DNA of 64,000 nucleotides. Source: an uncultured Burkholderiaceae bacterium (GTDB lineage Bacteria > Pseudomonadota > Gammaproteobacteria > Burkholderiales > Burkholderiaceae_B). Both the position numbers and the translations under genes were made by a program. Below the pieces are notes generated by a model, which was given only the letters and a program-made list of their open reading frames with translations, was not told where the DNA came from and made no database searches. The DNA lies in assembly GCA_963926265.1 (NCBI GenBank), contig CAWUWN010000006.1:13268-77267 (forward strand). The letters run 5' to 3'. Positions 8,927-21,391 of the stretch are shown here, piece after piece; the first letter of the stretch is position 1, and every line of letters begins with the position of its first letter.

Positions 8927-9780
8927 TGACCTCACCACAGCCGCGTGCTCTCCAATTGTCAGCTTTGCAACTAGCATGGTTGCAGGAGCTCGGCATTGAA
9001 AAGCCTTGGCTGCCAAGTGAGACCGTAGTCGCGAGCTCAGTGAGCCCCCCAGAAGTGCTTGCACAAAATGTGCCAGCGTCTCGTCCCGCCGCCCTCTCTG
9101 ATGCAGGTCGTGCAACGATTGTCCAACCTAAGGCTGGCCCACGCCCGCGGACAGTCGTTCCCACAGCGGTGCTGCATGCACTTGAAACTCAGGTCGATAC
9201 CCAAGCCCTAGCCGCTGGGGCGAGCGATATGGTCGCTCTGGCAAACACGATCAGCGGCTGTCAGGCATGTGGTCTCTTTCGTGAGCGTCAACAAGTGGTG
9301 ACGGGCGAAGGGGTGATGAACCCCGCCATCATGGTGATTGGCGAAGCGCCAGGTGACTATGAGGATCGACAGGGCAGGCCTTTTGTAGATCGCCCAGGGT
9401 TGATGTTGGACAACATGCTGACGGCGATTCAATGTAGCAGGACTCAAAATGTTTACGTGAGCAATATTGTCAAATGCCGTCCGCCAGGTAACCGTAATCC
9501 CAAGCCCGCAGAACTCGCTGCTTGCAAGCCGTATTTGCTACGCCAAATCCAACTAGTTCGGCCATTCAGCATTTTGGCGGTTGGTCGTGCAGCGCAAGCA
9601 CTTCTTGAAACAGATGAGCCCCTTGAGAAATTGCGTCAAGTGACCCATTCGCTCGAAGTAGCTGGGCAAAAGATTCCGTTGATTGTGACCAGTCATCCTG
9701 TCAGATTGCTCAATCATCCAGCTGAGAAAGCGGCAGCTTGGCAAGACTTACAGCTCGTCAAAACCGTTTCAGGCCTCTAA
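8926..9780 (+). CDS. Uracil-DNA glycosylase family 4 (Fe-S type)
   Basis: CQAC, GEAPG, SNIVKCRPPGNRNP, ACKPYL, SHP motif; N-terminal low-complexity extension; TGATG overlap with rimI. Confidence 0.9.
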   Translation: MTSPQPRALQLSALQLAWLQELGIEKPWLPSETVVASSVSPPEVLAQNVPASRPAALSDAGRATIVQPKAGPRPRTVVPTAVLHALETQVDTQALAAGASDMVALANTISGCQACGLFRERQQVVTGEGVMNPAIMVIGEAPGDYEDRQGRPFVDRPGLMLDNMLTAIQCSRTQNVYVSNIVKCRPPGNRNPKPAELAACKPYLLRQIQLVRPFSILAVGRAAQALLETDEPLEKLRQVTHSLEVAGQKIPLIVTSHPVRLLNHPAEKAAAWQDLQLVKTVSGL

Positions 9781-9802
9781 CGCAGTGTTCGCAACTGAGA
9801 GG

Positions 9803-11137
9803 CTAAAGTGCTTTGCCATGCCCCTCTTGACCAATCTCATCCAAAAGGTGGGGGTGTTTATTCAGGTTGCTGCGGTTCCAGCGCATCATAACCATCATCA
9901 GCGACGCAACGAGCCCACCAAAAATCCAGATAATGATGTCAATAGACAGGTTCATCCATAGCAGCAAGGTATAGACCGCGACCATCAGTAGAATATTGAG
10001 CTGCTCGTTGAAGTTTTGTACGGCGATCGAATGGCCTGCTGACAACAAGACATGGCCACGATGCTGCAGCAATGCGTTCATGGGAACGACAAACAAGCCA
10101 GAGGTCAAGCCAATTAGCATCAGCAACACATACGCGACCCAGGGAAGCTGTGTGCCCATAAAGTTGATACTCATTGCGCTGTTGACGAAGGGCATCAACA
10201 TAACAATAAAGCCCATCGCGACACCTAGCGGTAGTACCTTGAGTGCCTTGGGTAAAGCCACTCGGCCCGCAAGCACTGATCCTGCAATCGTACCGAGCGC
10301 AGTGATGCCCATCAAGATAGAGGCCTGATCCAAGCGATAGCCGAGGTGAGTTTTACCCCACTCGATCACGATTAACTGCAGGGTCGCACCCGCTCCCCAA
10401 AATAAGGTGGTGACACCAAGAGAAATTTGGCCGAGTTTGTCGTTCCAGAGGATGCGGACGTAACCTGCAAATGTTTTAACTAGTTTGATTGGGTTTTTGT
10501 TTTGCTTGGGATAGACAATATTGGTGTTGGGAATCAATAGATTGCAGCTCGCTGCCGCAATGTAGACAAAAGCGATCATCAAAATGGCGGCTTCGGCAGG
10601 CGTGTCTACCAAATGACTGATCCAAGCGTGGCTGAGTAGCCAGGAAGAAACTGTGGGCGAGACTAGGATGCCTCCAACCACTGTTCCCAGAATGATGGAC
10701 AAAATAGTCAAGCCTTCAATCCAGCTGTTGCCTTTGACCAGTTGCAGAGGGTGGAGCATCTCTGTGACGATGCCATATTTAGCAGGAGAGTAAGCTGCGG
10801 CACCAATGCCGACCAAGGCGTAGGCTGCACATACTAGGGCAACCTGACCTTCTTGAGCCAAGCCAAACAAGGCATAGCAAAACATGAGCAAACAGCCGCT
10901 GACCTTGATGGCATTGGTCAGAAACATCACACGGCCTTTAGGAAACGAGTCCGCGATTGCACCCACAAAGGCCGCCAGCAGTACATAGGAGGCGGCAAAC
11001 CACCATTTCATCATGGGCGCCATCCAGTCGGGGCCATGAAGTTCTTGGATCAGTGCGATCGCCGCAATGAATAGTGCATTATCCGCCAGCGAAGACAATG
11101 CCTGAGCCCCCATGACGGTAAAAAAGCCTCGATTCAA
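9803..11137 (-). CDS. lplT: Lysophospholipid transporter (MFS)
   Basis: AQALSSLADNALFIAA, SPAKYGI, GLFVVPMNALLQHRG, AGHSIAVQNFNE; likely TTG start at 11137 (L-NRGFFTV). Confidence 0.9.
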   Translation of the reverse strand: MNRGFFTVMGAQALSSLADNALFIAAIALIQELHGPDWMAPMMKWWFAASYVLLAAFVGAIADSFPKGRVMFLTNAIKVSGCLLMFCYALFGLAQEGQVALVCAAYALVGIGAAAYSPAKYGIVTEMLHPLQLVKGNSWIEGLTILSIILGTVVGGILVSPTVSSWLLSHAWISHLVDTPAEAAILMIAFVYIAAASCNLLIPNTNIVYPKQNKNPIKLVKTFAGYVRILWNDKLGQISLGVTTLFWGAGATLQLIVIEWGKTHLGYRLDQASILMGITALGTIAGSVLAGRVALPKALKVLPLGVAMGFIVMLMPFVNSAMSINFMGTQLPWVAYVLLMLIGLTSGLFVVPMNALLQHRGHVLLSAGHSIAVQNFNEQLNILLMVAVYTLLLWMNLSIDIIIWIFGGLVASLMMVMMRWNRSNLNKHPHLLDEIGQEGHGKAL

Positions 11138-11326
11138 GATGGTTTCCCAAAAAAATATTCGCCCGCCACAATGTAGCATTTTGAATAATAAAAGAATGAG
11201 GGATTCCCCGCGGATTTAACCCTAAGAATCTTGAGCGGCTAAAACTCGACAAGCACGTTGAAAGTCTATTTTTGGCTCAGGCTGCGTTATGATCACGGTG
11301 ATTCCATTCGAGATTGTGCCTATATT

Positions 11327-14300
11327 GTGCGTCTGACCCAGATCAAACTAGCGGGATTCAAATCCTTTGTCGATCCGACCGTGATTCCGACCCCAAGCCA
11401 GCTCGTGGGCGTGGTCGGGCCAAACGGCTGCGGTAAATCCAACATCATCGATGCTGTGCGTTGGGTGATGGGTGAAAGCCGGGCGTCTGAGTTGCGTGGT
11501 GAATCCATGCAGGACGTGATTTTTAGTGGTTCTGGTCAGCGCAAGCCCTCGGCGCGTGCTTCGGTCGAGCTGGTGTTTGACAATAGCGATGGTCGTGCGG
11601 TGGGTCAATGGGCGACCTACGCCGAAATTGCTGTTCGCCGCGTACTAACGCGCGATGGTACTAGTAGCTACTTCATCAACAACCAGCAAGTCCGTCGTCG
11701 CGACGTCAATGATATTTTTCTTGGTACCGGCTTGGGTGCGCGTGGTTACGCGATTATCGGTCAGGGCATGATTAATCGCCTGATCGAAGCAAAACCTGAA
11801 GAGCTCCGTGTTTACCTCGAAGAAGCTGCGGGCGTTTCGCGCTACAAAGAGCGTCGCCGTGAAACAGAAAATAGATTATCTGATACGCGTGAAAATCTCG
11901 TACGGGTGGACGATATTTTGCGCGAACTCACGTCGCAACTAGAGAAGCTTGAGTCTCAGGCAGAGGTTGCGCGCGAGTACCGTGCCTTGCAGGCCGAAGG
12001 TGAAGGCAAGCAAAATGCGCTGTGGTTCCTAAAGGAAGCAGCCGCCCACGAAGAGCGGGCGCGGACACAGCAAGAAATTGAGCGTGCTCAAATCGAGCTC
12101 GAGGGCTCGATGGCTGGTTTACGCGCGAGCGAAGCTGCACTCGAAGCCCGCCGACAGGCCCATTACGCCGCGGGTGATGCCGTTCACGCTGCTCAGGGTT
12201 TGCTGTACGAGTCCAACGCCAAAGTTAGCAGTCTTGAAGCCGAAATTCGTCACGTCGTCGAGTCGCGTAACCGCGTGCAAACACGTCGCGCGCAGTTGCA
12301 AGTCCAGATGACTGAGTGGGATTCGCAAAAAGAGCATTGTGTTTTGCAAATCCAAGAAGGCGAAGATGAGTTGATGACCAGTGCCGCGCGTGCCGAGCAG
12401 GCGCGCGAATTGGCGCAGGCTGCTCAAGAGGGGTTGCCGGATATCGAGGCACGTGTGCGCCAGGCTGCAGCCCAGCGCGAAGAAATGCGCGCAACACTTG
12501 CGCGTGTTGAGCAGAGTCTTGCCTTGGTTGCACAGACTCAGCGCGATTCGGATCGTCAGTTGCAGACGCTTGAGATGCGTCGTGAAAGACTTAAGCAAGA
12601 ACTACAGGGGGTAGAAACCCCCGATGTCGAGATGCTCGAGCGTTTGACGGGCGACAAGTTGGTGGCCGAAGAGTTGCTCGAGGAAGCCCAAGGTGCGCTC
12701 ACTGAACTCGAGGACAAATTGCCCGAGGCTGATGCACGTCGCGCGCAGGCTCAACAGTTGGCTCAAGTCGAAGCTGAAACACTTGCTCGCTTGGATGCCC
12801 GCTTGACGGCTCTTGTCAGATTACAAGAGGATGTGCAGAAGAAAGGCAGTCTCGAGCCTTGGCTTGCCAAGCACGAGCTCACATCTTTGGCCCGTCTATG
12901 GCAAAAATTGCATGTCGAGCCGGGCTGGGAAACCGCACTTGAGGCAGTGCTCAATGAGCGTATGACAGGCCTTGAGGTGCGTAACCTCGACTGGGCTCGC
13001 GCTTTTGCAAGCGATGCGCCACCCGCTCGCCTAGCGCTCTATCAGCTGCCGACTGCCGCCCCAGTGGCCCCTGCGGCTACAGGACTGACTCCGCTGGCCT
13101 CGGTGCTGCGTATTAGCGATCCTGAGTTGCGGACATTGTTGCAGGGGTGGTTGGGTAATGTTTACCTTGCAAAAGATGTGGCTGAGGCTCTCGCGGCTCG
13201 CACGTCGCTTCCGGCTGGCGCCATGCTGGTTGTGCAGGGTGGCCATTTGATCGATGCCAACAGCGTACGCTTTTACGCACCCGATTCAGAGCAAGCAGGC
13301 TTGTTGGCGCGCCAACAAGAAATCGAAAATCTTCAGCGTGAAATCAAAGCGCATCAACTGATTGCAGACAATTCTCGTTCAGCGGTAGCTCAGGCTGAGT
13401 CAGCATGCCAGCAGGTATCCCAAGCCTTGCCGCCTGCTCGTCAACGGGTCGCTGAACTCACGCGACGTCTGCATGATCTGCAACTAGAGCATACGCGCTT
13501 GCAACAACAAGTTGAGCAAACCCGCGAGCGCTCTGGACGTCTTGAGCAAGATATTGCAGAAGTCATTTCTCAGCAAGAAGAGTTGACTGCAGCCAAAATA
13601 GAAGCCGAAGCACGTTTTGAAGAGCTGGACGCCGAAATTGGCGTGCAGCAGGAAACGTATTCCGAAGCAGAAATGGCCGGCGAAGCGCTTTCAGACGAAG
13701 CCGAAACGGCACGCAATCGTTTGCGTGACCAAGAACGTGGCGCGCAAGAGGCGGAGTTTGCTGAACGAGGTATTCGTGCCAGAATCGCCGAGTTACAACG
13801 TAATTTACAACTCGCCACGGAACAAGCGACGCGCGCGCAACAGGAGTTGTTGTCTCTCGAATCAGAACTCTCAACACTCGATGCTGCCGCTGCCGAAGCA
13901 GGCTTGCAAGAAGCGCTTGAGTTGCGTGCCGAACGGGAAGAAACGCTTGGTCGTGCCCGAATCGAGATGGACACCTTGGCCGCGCAGTTGCGTGAAGCCG
14001 ATGAAGAGCGCATGACCATCGAACGTTCGCTCGAACCGCGTCGTGAACGCATCATGCAGCTTCAGTTACAAGAGCAGGCGGCGCGTCTGGCGACAGAGCA
14101 GTTTGCCGAACAGCTCAATGAGCGGCAAGTCGATCGTGCTGCTGTAGGGGCTTCTTTAGCTGAGCAGACTGACGAGTGGCAGCGTCCGGCATGGTTACAG
14201 TCCGAAGTGCAGCGAATCACTAAAAAAATCGAGAGTCTTGGATCGGTCAATTTGGCAGCCTTAGACGAGCTCACAGCTTCGCGTGAACGCAAAAACTATC

Positions 14301-14857
14301 TTGACGCACAGTACTTAGATTTGCAGACTGCAATTGATACGCTTGAAGATGCGATTCGCAAGATTGATCGTGAGACACGCGACTTGTTGCAGACTACGTT
14401 TAACGAGGTTAATGGACATTTCGGCGAATTGTTCCCCAAGCTGTTCGGGGGCGGAGAAGCGCGCTTGATCATGACGGGCGACGAGATTTTGGATGCGGGC
14501 GTTCAAGTGATGGCCCAGCCTCCAGGCAAGCGCAACACTTCGATCCATTTACTTTCTGGTGGAGAAAAGGCCTTGACAGCGACCGCCCTGGTGTTTGCGC
14601 TCTTCAAGCTTAATCCCGCTCCCTTCTGTTTGCTTGACGAGGTTGACGCGCCGCTGGATGACGCTAATACTGAGCGCTATGCAAACCTGGTGAGCAATAT
14701 GGCTGACCACACACAGTTTCTGTTCATTTCACATAACAAGATCGCCATGCAAATGGCACGTCAGCTCGTTGGCGTGACCATGCAGGAGCAGGGTGTATCG
14801 CGTATTGTGGCCGTTGATATCGAATCCGCATTGCAGCTCGCAACCGATGCTGCATGA
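11327..14857 (+). CDS. smc: Chromosome segregation protein SMC
   Basis: GFKSF, GPNGCGKSN Walker A, long coiled coils, hinge, LSGGEK signature, LLDEVDAPLD; GTG start 11327. Confidence 0.98.
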   Translation: MRLTQIKLAGFKSFVDPTVIPTPSQLVGVVGPNGCGKSNIIDAVRWVMGESRASELRGESMQDVIFSGSGQRKPSARASVELVFDNSDGRAVGQWATYAEIAVRRVLTRDGTSSYFINNQQVRRRDVNDIFLGTGLGARGYAIIGQGMINRLIEAKPEELRVYLEEAAGVSRYKERRRETENRLSDTRENLVRVDDILRELTSQLEKLESQAEVAREYRALQAEGEGKQNALWFLKEAAAHEERARTQQEIERAQIELEGSMAGLRASEAALEARRQAHYAAGDAVHAAQGLLYESNAKVSSLEAEIRHVVESRNRVQTRRAQLQVQMTEWDSQKEHCVLQIQEGEDELMTSAARAEQARELAQAAQEGLPDIEARVRQAAAQREEMRATLARVEQSLALVAQTQRDSDRQLQTLEMRRERLKQELQGVETPDVEMLERLTGDKLVAEELLEEAQGALTELEDKLPEADARRAQAQQLAQVEAETLARLDARLTALVRLQEDVQKKGSLEPWLAKHELTSLARLWQKLHVEPGWETALEAVLNERMTGLEVRNLDWARAFASDAPPARLALYQLPTAAPVAPAATGLTPLASVLRISDPELRTLLQGWLGNVYLAKDVAEALAARTSLPAGAMLVVQGGHLIDANSVRFYAPDSEQAGLLARQQEIENLQREIKAHQLIADNSRSAVAQAESACQQVSQALPPARQRVAELTRRLHDLQLEHTRLQQQVEQTRERSGRLEQDIAEVISQQEELTAAKIEAEARFEELDAEIGVQQETYSEAEMAGEALSDEAETARNRLRDQERGAQEAEFAERGIRARIAELQRNLQLATEQATRAQQELLSLESELSTLDAAAAEAGLQEALELRAEREETLGRARIEMDTLAAQLREADEERMTIERSLEPRRERIMQLQLQEQAARLATEQFAEQLNERQVDRAAVGASLAEQTDEWQRPAWLQSEVQRITKKIESLGSVNLAALDELTASRERKNYLDAQYLDLQTAIDTLEDAIRKIDRETRDLLQTTFNEVNGHFGELFPKLFGGGEARLIMTGDEILDAGVQVMAQPPGKRNTSIHLLSGGEKALTATALVFALFKLNPAPFCLLDEVDAPLDDANTERYANLVSNMADHTQFLFISHNKIAMQMARQLVGVTMQEQGVSRIVAVDIESALQLATDAA

Positions 14858-14872
14858 TCACCGAGACAACAC

Positions 14873-15940
14873 ATGAGTGAATTGCAAATCTACCTGATTG
14901 TGATTGGCGCAGCGATTATTTTGCTGCTGCTTGGCTTTAACTGGTTTCAGGATCTTCGTGTTCGGCGTCGCATGCAAGCTCAAATGCCTGTCATTGAACA
15001 GGATCCCCTATTGGGTGAGTCTTTCCCTTCCAGTGTCGCGAGACGTGAGCCTGGTTTAGGTGGCGTGAGTATTTCAGGTGAGAGTGGTGGAGACTCCGCC
15101 TTAAGCATGACGCACGAGCATCCCGATGCAGCAACAGATGAGCAGGGGCCAGATCCCTCTACCGAAGTTGTGATTGAAATTACGTTTCAAGGGCCGATGT
15201 TGGGTGAGGATTTAGTCCCCTTGCTTCAACCTTTGCGCAGTGCAGGACGTAAGCCTGTACGTATTTTTGCGCAGGACATTGAGGGGCAGCTTGATTCCCG
15301 CTTGCACGCAGAGGGTCAGTATGCTTCAGTCCATCTCGCAGTCCTGTTGGCTAACCGCAGTGGCGCCCTGTCCGCGATTGAGTGGTCACAAATCTGGAAC
15401 CGTGCGCAGGGCTTAGCGGATCAGCTCGAGTCTACGATTGAAGGACCCGATCAACAGCAGGTGCTTGATGCAGCTTCACGGTTGGACGATGCTTGTGCGG
15501 CCTTGGATACCCAAGTCGGCTTGACCTTATTGCTTGGCAGTATGCGGCCAGTTTCAGAGGTGTTGGCGGCGACACAAAACATGGGTTTTGTGCCATTCAA
15601 TGGTGGGCTTGTATGGTTAGGAGATTACGGTTTAGTGTGCTTCAGTTTGTCGCGCGCCGATGCCGAGTCGTTTGATGCAGGCATGGCAAGTGCGGATCGT
15701 CTGACTCTGCTCTTAGATGTACCCTGTAGTCCAGTGGATACACGTGCATTTGGAAAAATGGCAGAAGTCGGGTTTGAGTTAGCACGTCGCGTGGGTGGAG
15801 AGCTCGTGGATGATCAACTGCGTCCTTTGCAGCCGGGTGCTGAGGTGGCGATTGACGAAAAACTCATGACTTTGTATTCGCAGCTTGAAAAGGCTGGATT
15901 GGCTGCGGGAAGTCCGCGTGCAAGACGCGTCTTTGCTTGA
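14873..15940 (+). CDS. zipA: ZipA-family cell division protein (N-terminal TM anchor, C-terminal FtsZ-binding domain)
   Basis: N-terminal hydrophobic helix, LLANRSGALS, LLLDVP, ELVDD; located between smc and ligA. Confidence 0.8.
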   Translation: MSELQIYLIVIGAAIILLLLGFNWFQDLRVRRRMQAQMPVIEQDPLLGESFPSSVARREPGLGGVSISGESGGDSALSMTHEHPDAATDEQGPDPSTEVVIEITFQGPMLGEDLVPLLQPLRSAGRKPVRIFAQDIEGQLDSRLHAEGQYASVHLAVLLANRSGALSAIEWSQIWNRAQGLADQLESTIEGPDQQQVLDAASRLDDACAALDTQVGLTLLLGSMRPVSEVLAATQNMGFVPFNGGLVWLGDYGLVCFSLSRADAESFDAGMASADRLTLLLDVPCSPVDTRAFGKMAEVGFELARRVGGELVDDQLRPLQPGAEVAIDEKLMTLYSQLEKAGLAAGSPRARRVFA

Positions 15941-17998
<2,058 letters not shown>

Positions 17999-18007
17999 AT
18001 CGAGTGA

Positions 18008-18781
18008 TTACTGGATCTTGGCTTTGCCGCGCAGTTGAGCCTGATAGGCTGCTAACGCTTGTTCACGCATCATTTGTTCGAGTTCTTTGCGAACTTGATC
18101 CAATGGTGGGAATTCGATTGGACGGGTATCAACAACCTCGATAACGTGCCAGCCAAACTGCGACTGGACAGGTTTGTCGGCCAGTTGACCTTTTTTAGTT
18201 GCAACGACTGCCTTGGCAAAAGGTTCGACGTAGTTCGTGTCGGGTGCCCATCCTAGGTCGCCACCTTTGGCAGCGCTACCGGTGTCCTTAGACTGTTTGG
18301 CAAGATCTTCGAACTTAGCTGATTTGTTTTTGAGCTTGTCCTGAATCTCGTTGGCCGTCTTTTCATCTTCGACCAAGATGTGACGAACGTTGTACTCAAA
18401 CTTACTCGCCTCAGCTTTTTTCAGTTTTTCGTACTCAGCTTTAATTGCGGCCTCAGTGATTGGATTCTTTTTTAGGTAGTCAGCCATTAGGGCTTGAACC
18501 AAAATGCCTTGGCGAGCTAATTCGAGCTCGATCGCAACAGTAGGATCCTTAGGGATGCCTGCAGCGTCAGCGGCTTGCACCATGACCTGACGATTGATCA
18601 GCTCTTGCTTGATCTGATCACGCATTTCGGGAGAGTCCTTGGCGCCACGGGCAACCAATAGTTTTACAAACTGATCGACGTTCGCCTGGGTAATTGCTTT
18701 GCCATTCACAGTGGCAACGTTTTGAGCGTGGAGAGGTGCAACCAGCACAAGTGCGGCGGCGAGCATAACGATACGTTTCAT
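18008..18781 (-). CDS. Periplasmic parvulin-type peptidyl-prolyl isomerase
   Basis: Signal peptide, VRHILV, SKD..SA..GGDLGW, PVQSQFGWHVI. Confidence 0.9.
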   Translation of the reverse strand: MKRIVMLAAALVLVAPLHAQNVATVNGKAITQANVDQFVKLLVARGAKDSPEMRDQIKQELINRQVMVQAADAAGIPKDPTVAIELELARQGILVQALMADYLKKNPITEAAIKAEYEKLKKAEASKFEYNVRHILVEDEKTANEIQDKLKNKSAKFEDLAKQSKDTGSAAKGGDLGWAPDTNYVEPFAKAVVATKKGQLADKPVQSQFGWHVIEVVDTRPIEFPPLDQVRKELEQMMREQALAAYQAQLRGKAKIQ

Positions 18782-19062
18782 GAATTTCCTTTGGTAGGCG
18801 CCCGAGTAGTCAGCGCAAGCGCATGAATCGGGTGTGGGATTAAATCGCGCAAAAGATCATACACCAGCCGATGTTGCGCAATCATCGGCCGGTTAATAAA
18901 ACATTCGGCCACGATCATGGCACGAAAATGACTGGCATTGCCCGGGTTGCCTGAGTGGCCAGCGTGCAGATGAGACTCGTCAATGATATCGAGTTCCAGG
19001 GCATTGAGCGGGGCGAGACGCTCGCGAAGCAAGGTCAAGTGAGGGTTGACGACACCGCTCAT
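18778..19062 (-). CDS. bolA: BolA family protein
   Basis: DESHLHAGH, HFRAMIVAECF, QHRLVY, IHALAL. Confidence 0.9.
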   Translation of the reverse strand: MSGVVNPHLTLLRERLAPLNALELDIIDESHLHAGHSGNPGNASHFRAMIVAECFINRPMIAQHRLVYDLLRDLIPHPIHALALTTRAPTKGNS

Positions 19063-19646
19063 TATTTGTTTTCCTTGGTGTCTGTTTCGGGAGGTGTATC
19101 TGTCGCTTCGTCATGTTGCATGTGCTTGCCGAGCCAGATGGACTGCGCGATCACAAAGACAATCAAGAGGGCCATTAAGCCAAAGACTTTAAAGTTGACC
19201 CACTGGCTTTCTGTAAAGAGGCCTGAAAACGCCACAAAGAGGTTAAGCCCTCCTGCCGCTAGAAAAAACAGTGCCCAGCTTAGGTTGAGTTTGTTCCAGG
19301 CAATGTCTGGCATAGTGACCTTTGCACCCAGCAGCTTTTGCATCAAGTTGCGGCCCATGACGTATTGACTGACAAGCAGCACTGCGCCGAATAGCCAGTA
19401 CAGCACCGTAGGTTTCCATTTGATGAAGGCCTCATTTTGTAGCCACAATGTCGCACCACCAAAAAATACGATGACGGCAAAGTTGATCCAATGCATGGTT
19501 TCAATGGGCTTGCCAGTGAGCTTGATCCAAAGCATTTGTAAAACTGCTGCAGCAATGGCGACCGCCGTCGCGACGTAAATGTCGGAGAAACGGTAGGCAA
19601 CAAAAAATAGGATCAGAGGAAACAGATCAAAGAGAAATTTTTTCAT
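19062..19646 (-). CDS. yciB: Inner-membrane septation protein YciB/IspZ
   Basis: [32 protein letters not shown]. Confidence 0.93.
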   Translation of the reverse strand: MKKFLFDLFPLILFFVAYRFSDIYVATAVAIAAAVLQMLWIKLTGKPIETMHWINFAVIVFFGGATLWLQNEAFIKWKPTVLYWLFGAVLLVSQYVMGRNLMQKLLGAKVTMPDIAWNKLNLSWALFFLAAGGLNLFVAFSGLFTESQWVNFKVFGLMALLIVFVIAQSIWLGKHMQHDEATDTPPETDTKENK

Positions 19647-20041
19647 GGTTTAACGGGTTCGAACGTCAGAGACAAAGAGTTGATGCAATAACGCAGACCT
19701 GTGGGCGCAGGACCGTCGGGAAATACATGCCCTAAGTGACTGTCACACACATTGCACATCACTTCTGTGCGAACCATGCCGTGAGTCATATCAGTCTCTT
19801 CTTTGACGTTTTCAGGATTGAGTGGCTCAAAATAGCTTGGCCAGCCACAACCCGCATCAAACTTTGTATCCGAAGCGAATAGCGCTGTTCCGCAGCCTAC
19901 GCAGCGGTAAATGCCGTATTCTCGGTGATCCCAGTAACGTCCTGTAAACGCACGTTCCGTGCCTTTTTGACGGGCAACATAGTATTCGTCGGCAGAAAGC
20001 TGGGCTTTCCATTCAGCTTCGGTTTTATTAATTTTTGACAT
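19643..20041 (-). CDS. msrB: Peptide-methionine (R)-S-oxide reductase
   Basis: GTERAFTG, two CxxC Zn motifs, [22 protein letters not shown]. Confidence 0.97.
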   Translation of the reverse strand: MSKINKTEAEWKAQLSADEYYVARQKGTERAFTGRYWDHREYGIYRCVGCGTALFASDTKFDAGCGWPSYFEPLNPENVKEETDMTHGMVRTEVMCNVCDSHLGHVFPDGPAPTGLRYCINSLSLTFEPVKP

Positions 20042-20094
20042 ACTTTACTTGGAGTGAGAGTTTTGGAAAAAGTTCTCATGCATAATCGGTCACC

Positions 20095-20772
20095 ATGTTA
20101 ATCGAGTTTAAAAATATCTTTGTCGAGCGCGAGGGTCGCCAAACGTTGGCAGACCTGAACTTAAGCCTGTCTGAGCGTCGTATTGGAATCATCGGTCCGA
20201 ACGGCTCAGGTAAGAGTACCTTTATTCGCCTGATAAACGGCTTATTAATGCCTAAAACAGGACAAATTTGCGTTGATGGCCTAGATACCCGTAAAGAAGT
20301 AGAAAAGATACGCACCAAGGTCGGTTTTGTGTTCCAAAACCCTGACAACCAAATTGTCTTTCCGATTGTCAGTGAGGATATTGAGTTTGGTTTAAAACGC
20401 CGCGAACCTGACCGGATACGACGTCGTCAGCGTGCGCTAGAGGTATTAAACCAGCTAGGTGTGCTGCATTTACAAGATCGTCTCATTCACACCCTCTCAG
20501 GAGGCGAGAGGCAGCTCGTCGCACTCGCGGGGGTGCTGGCTACACAGCCTGAGATACTTGTGTTTGATGAGCCGACTACCCAGCTCGATCTTAGGTTACG
20601 CAATCGTTTTGAACAGCATTTGGCGGCACTTCCCCAGATGGCGGTGGTTGTCAGTCATGATCTAGATTTAATGCATGCGATGGAACGAGTGTTGGTTCTT
20701 CAGGAGGGGCGGCTTGCCTTTGACGGTGTCCCTCGTGCGGCGATCGCATGGTACAGGGAGCATTGCGGCTGA
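20095..20772 (+). CDS. bioM: ECF transporter ATPase (BioM-like)
   Basis: GPNGSGKST, VFQNPDNQIV, LSGGE, FDEPT; precedes EcfT and BioY. Confidence 0.85.
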   Translation: MLIEFKNIFVEREGRQTLADLNLSLSERRIGIIGPNGSGKSTFIRLINGLLMPKTGQICVDGLDTRKEVEKIRTKVGFVFQNPDNQIVFPIVSEDIEFGLKRREPDRIRRRQRALEVLNQLGVLHLQDRLIHTLSGGERQLVALAGVLATQPEILVFDEPTTQLDLRLRNRFEQHLAALPQMAVVVSHDLDLMHAMERVLVLQEGRLAFDGVPRAAIAWYREHCG

Positions 20773-21362
20773 TGGGATCTTTTTATTTTCCAGGCGATAG
20801 TTGGTTACACCGCATGGCAGCAGGGTGGAAGTTGGCGCTGCTCATGCTGGCTGGGGCCGGATTGATGTGGGTACATGACTGGCGTATTCAAGCAATTGCG
20901 TTGTTCGTTGTATTGTGTTTGCTTCAGCAGTCTGGTGCGCATACCCGGCAGTTGTGGGGTCATATCAGCACCTTAAGCTGGTTGGTGTTAGCGCTCGTGC
21001 TGTTTACCGCATGGGCCCAATCACCGATGGCTGCGCTTGAAGTTGCTTTGCGTATGAGTGCGCTGATACTCGCTGCATTATTGGTCTCCATGACTACACC
21101 GATCGCGCAGATGATGGATGTGGTGATTTGGCTATTGCAGCCGCTCCAGAAGCTTGGTTGGATCAATAGCGAGCGTGTAGCGCTTGTTTTCGGGCTGACA
21201 TTGCGACTGATCCCTGAGCTGTCTTTGCAATGGCATGAAATACGCGAAGCTCAGGCTGCTCGCGGACTCAAAGTCAGTCCTCTTACAATGGGCGTCCCGA
21301 TGTTGTTGCGGACCCTTAAGCGCGCTCAGGATATTGCTGAGGCGCTGGATGCCAGACAGTAG
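20772..21362 (+). CDS. bioN: ECF transporter transmembrane component T (BioN-like)
   Basis: SWLHRMAAGWKL, LTLRLIP, EAQAARG, AEALDAR; TGATG overlap with bioM. Confidence 0.85.
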   Translation: MGSFYFPGDSWLHRMAAGWKLALLMLAGAGLMWVHDWRIQAIALFVVLCLLQQSGAHTRQLWGHISTLSWLVLALVLFTAWAQSPMAALEVALRMSALILAALLVSMTTPIAQMMDVVIWLLQPLQKLGWINSERVALVFGLTLRLIPELSLQWHEIREAQAARGLKVSPLTMGVPMLLRTLKRAQDIAEALDARQ

Positions 21363-21391
21363 GGGTGTTTAATTTAACAATTGGAATCACG

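Noticed and set aside
9799-9816. 17/18-nt match GAGGCTAAAGTGCT(T/C)TGC with 62698-62715, both near convergent gene ends
   Set aside because: About one such match is expected by chance in 64 kb; no third copy or structure
20042-20094. BirA/BioR operator upstream of bioMNY
   Set aside because: Neither the BirA palindrome nor the BioR TTAT-N2-ATAA motif is present
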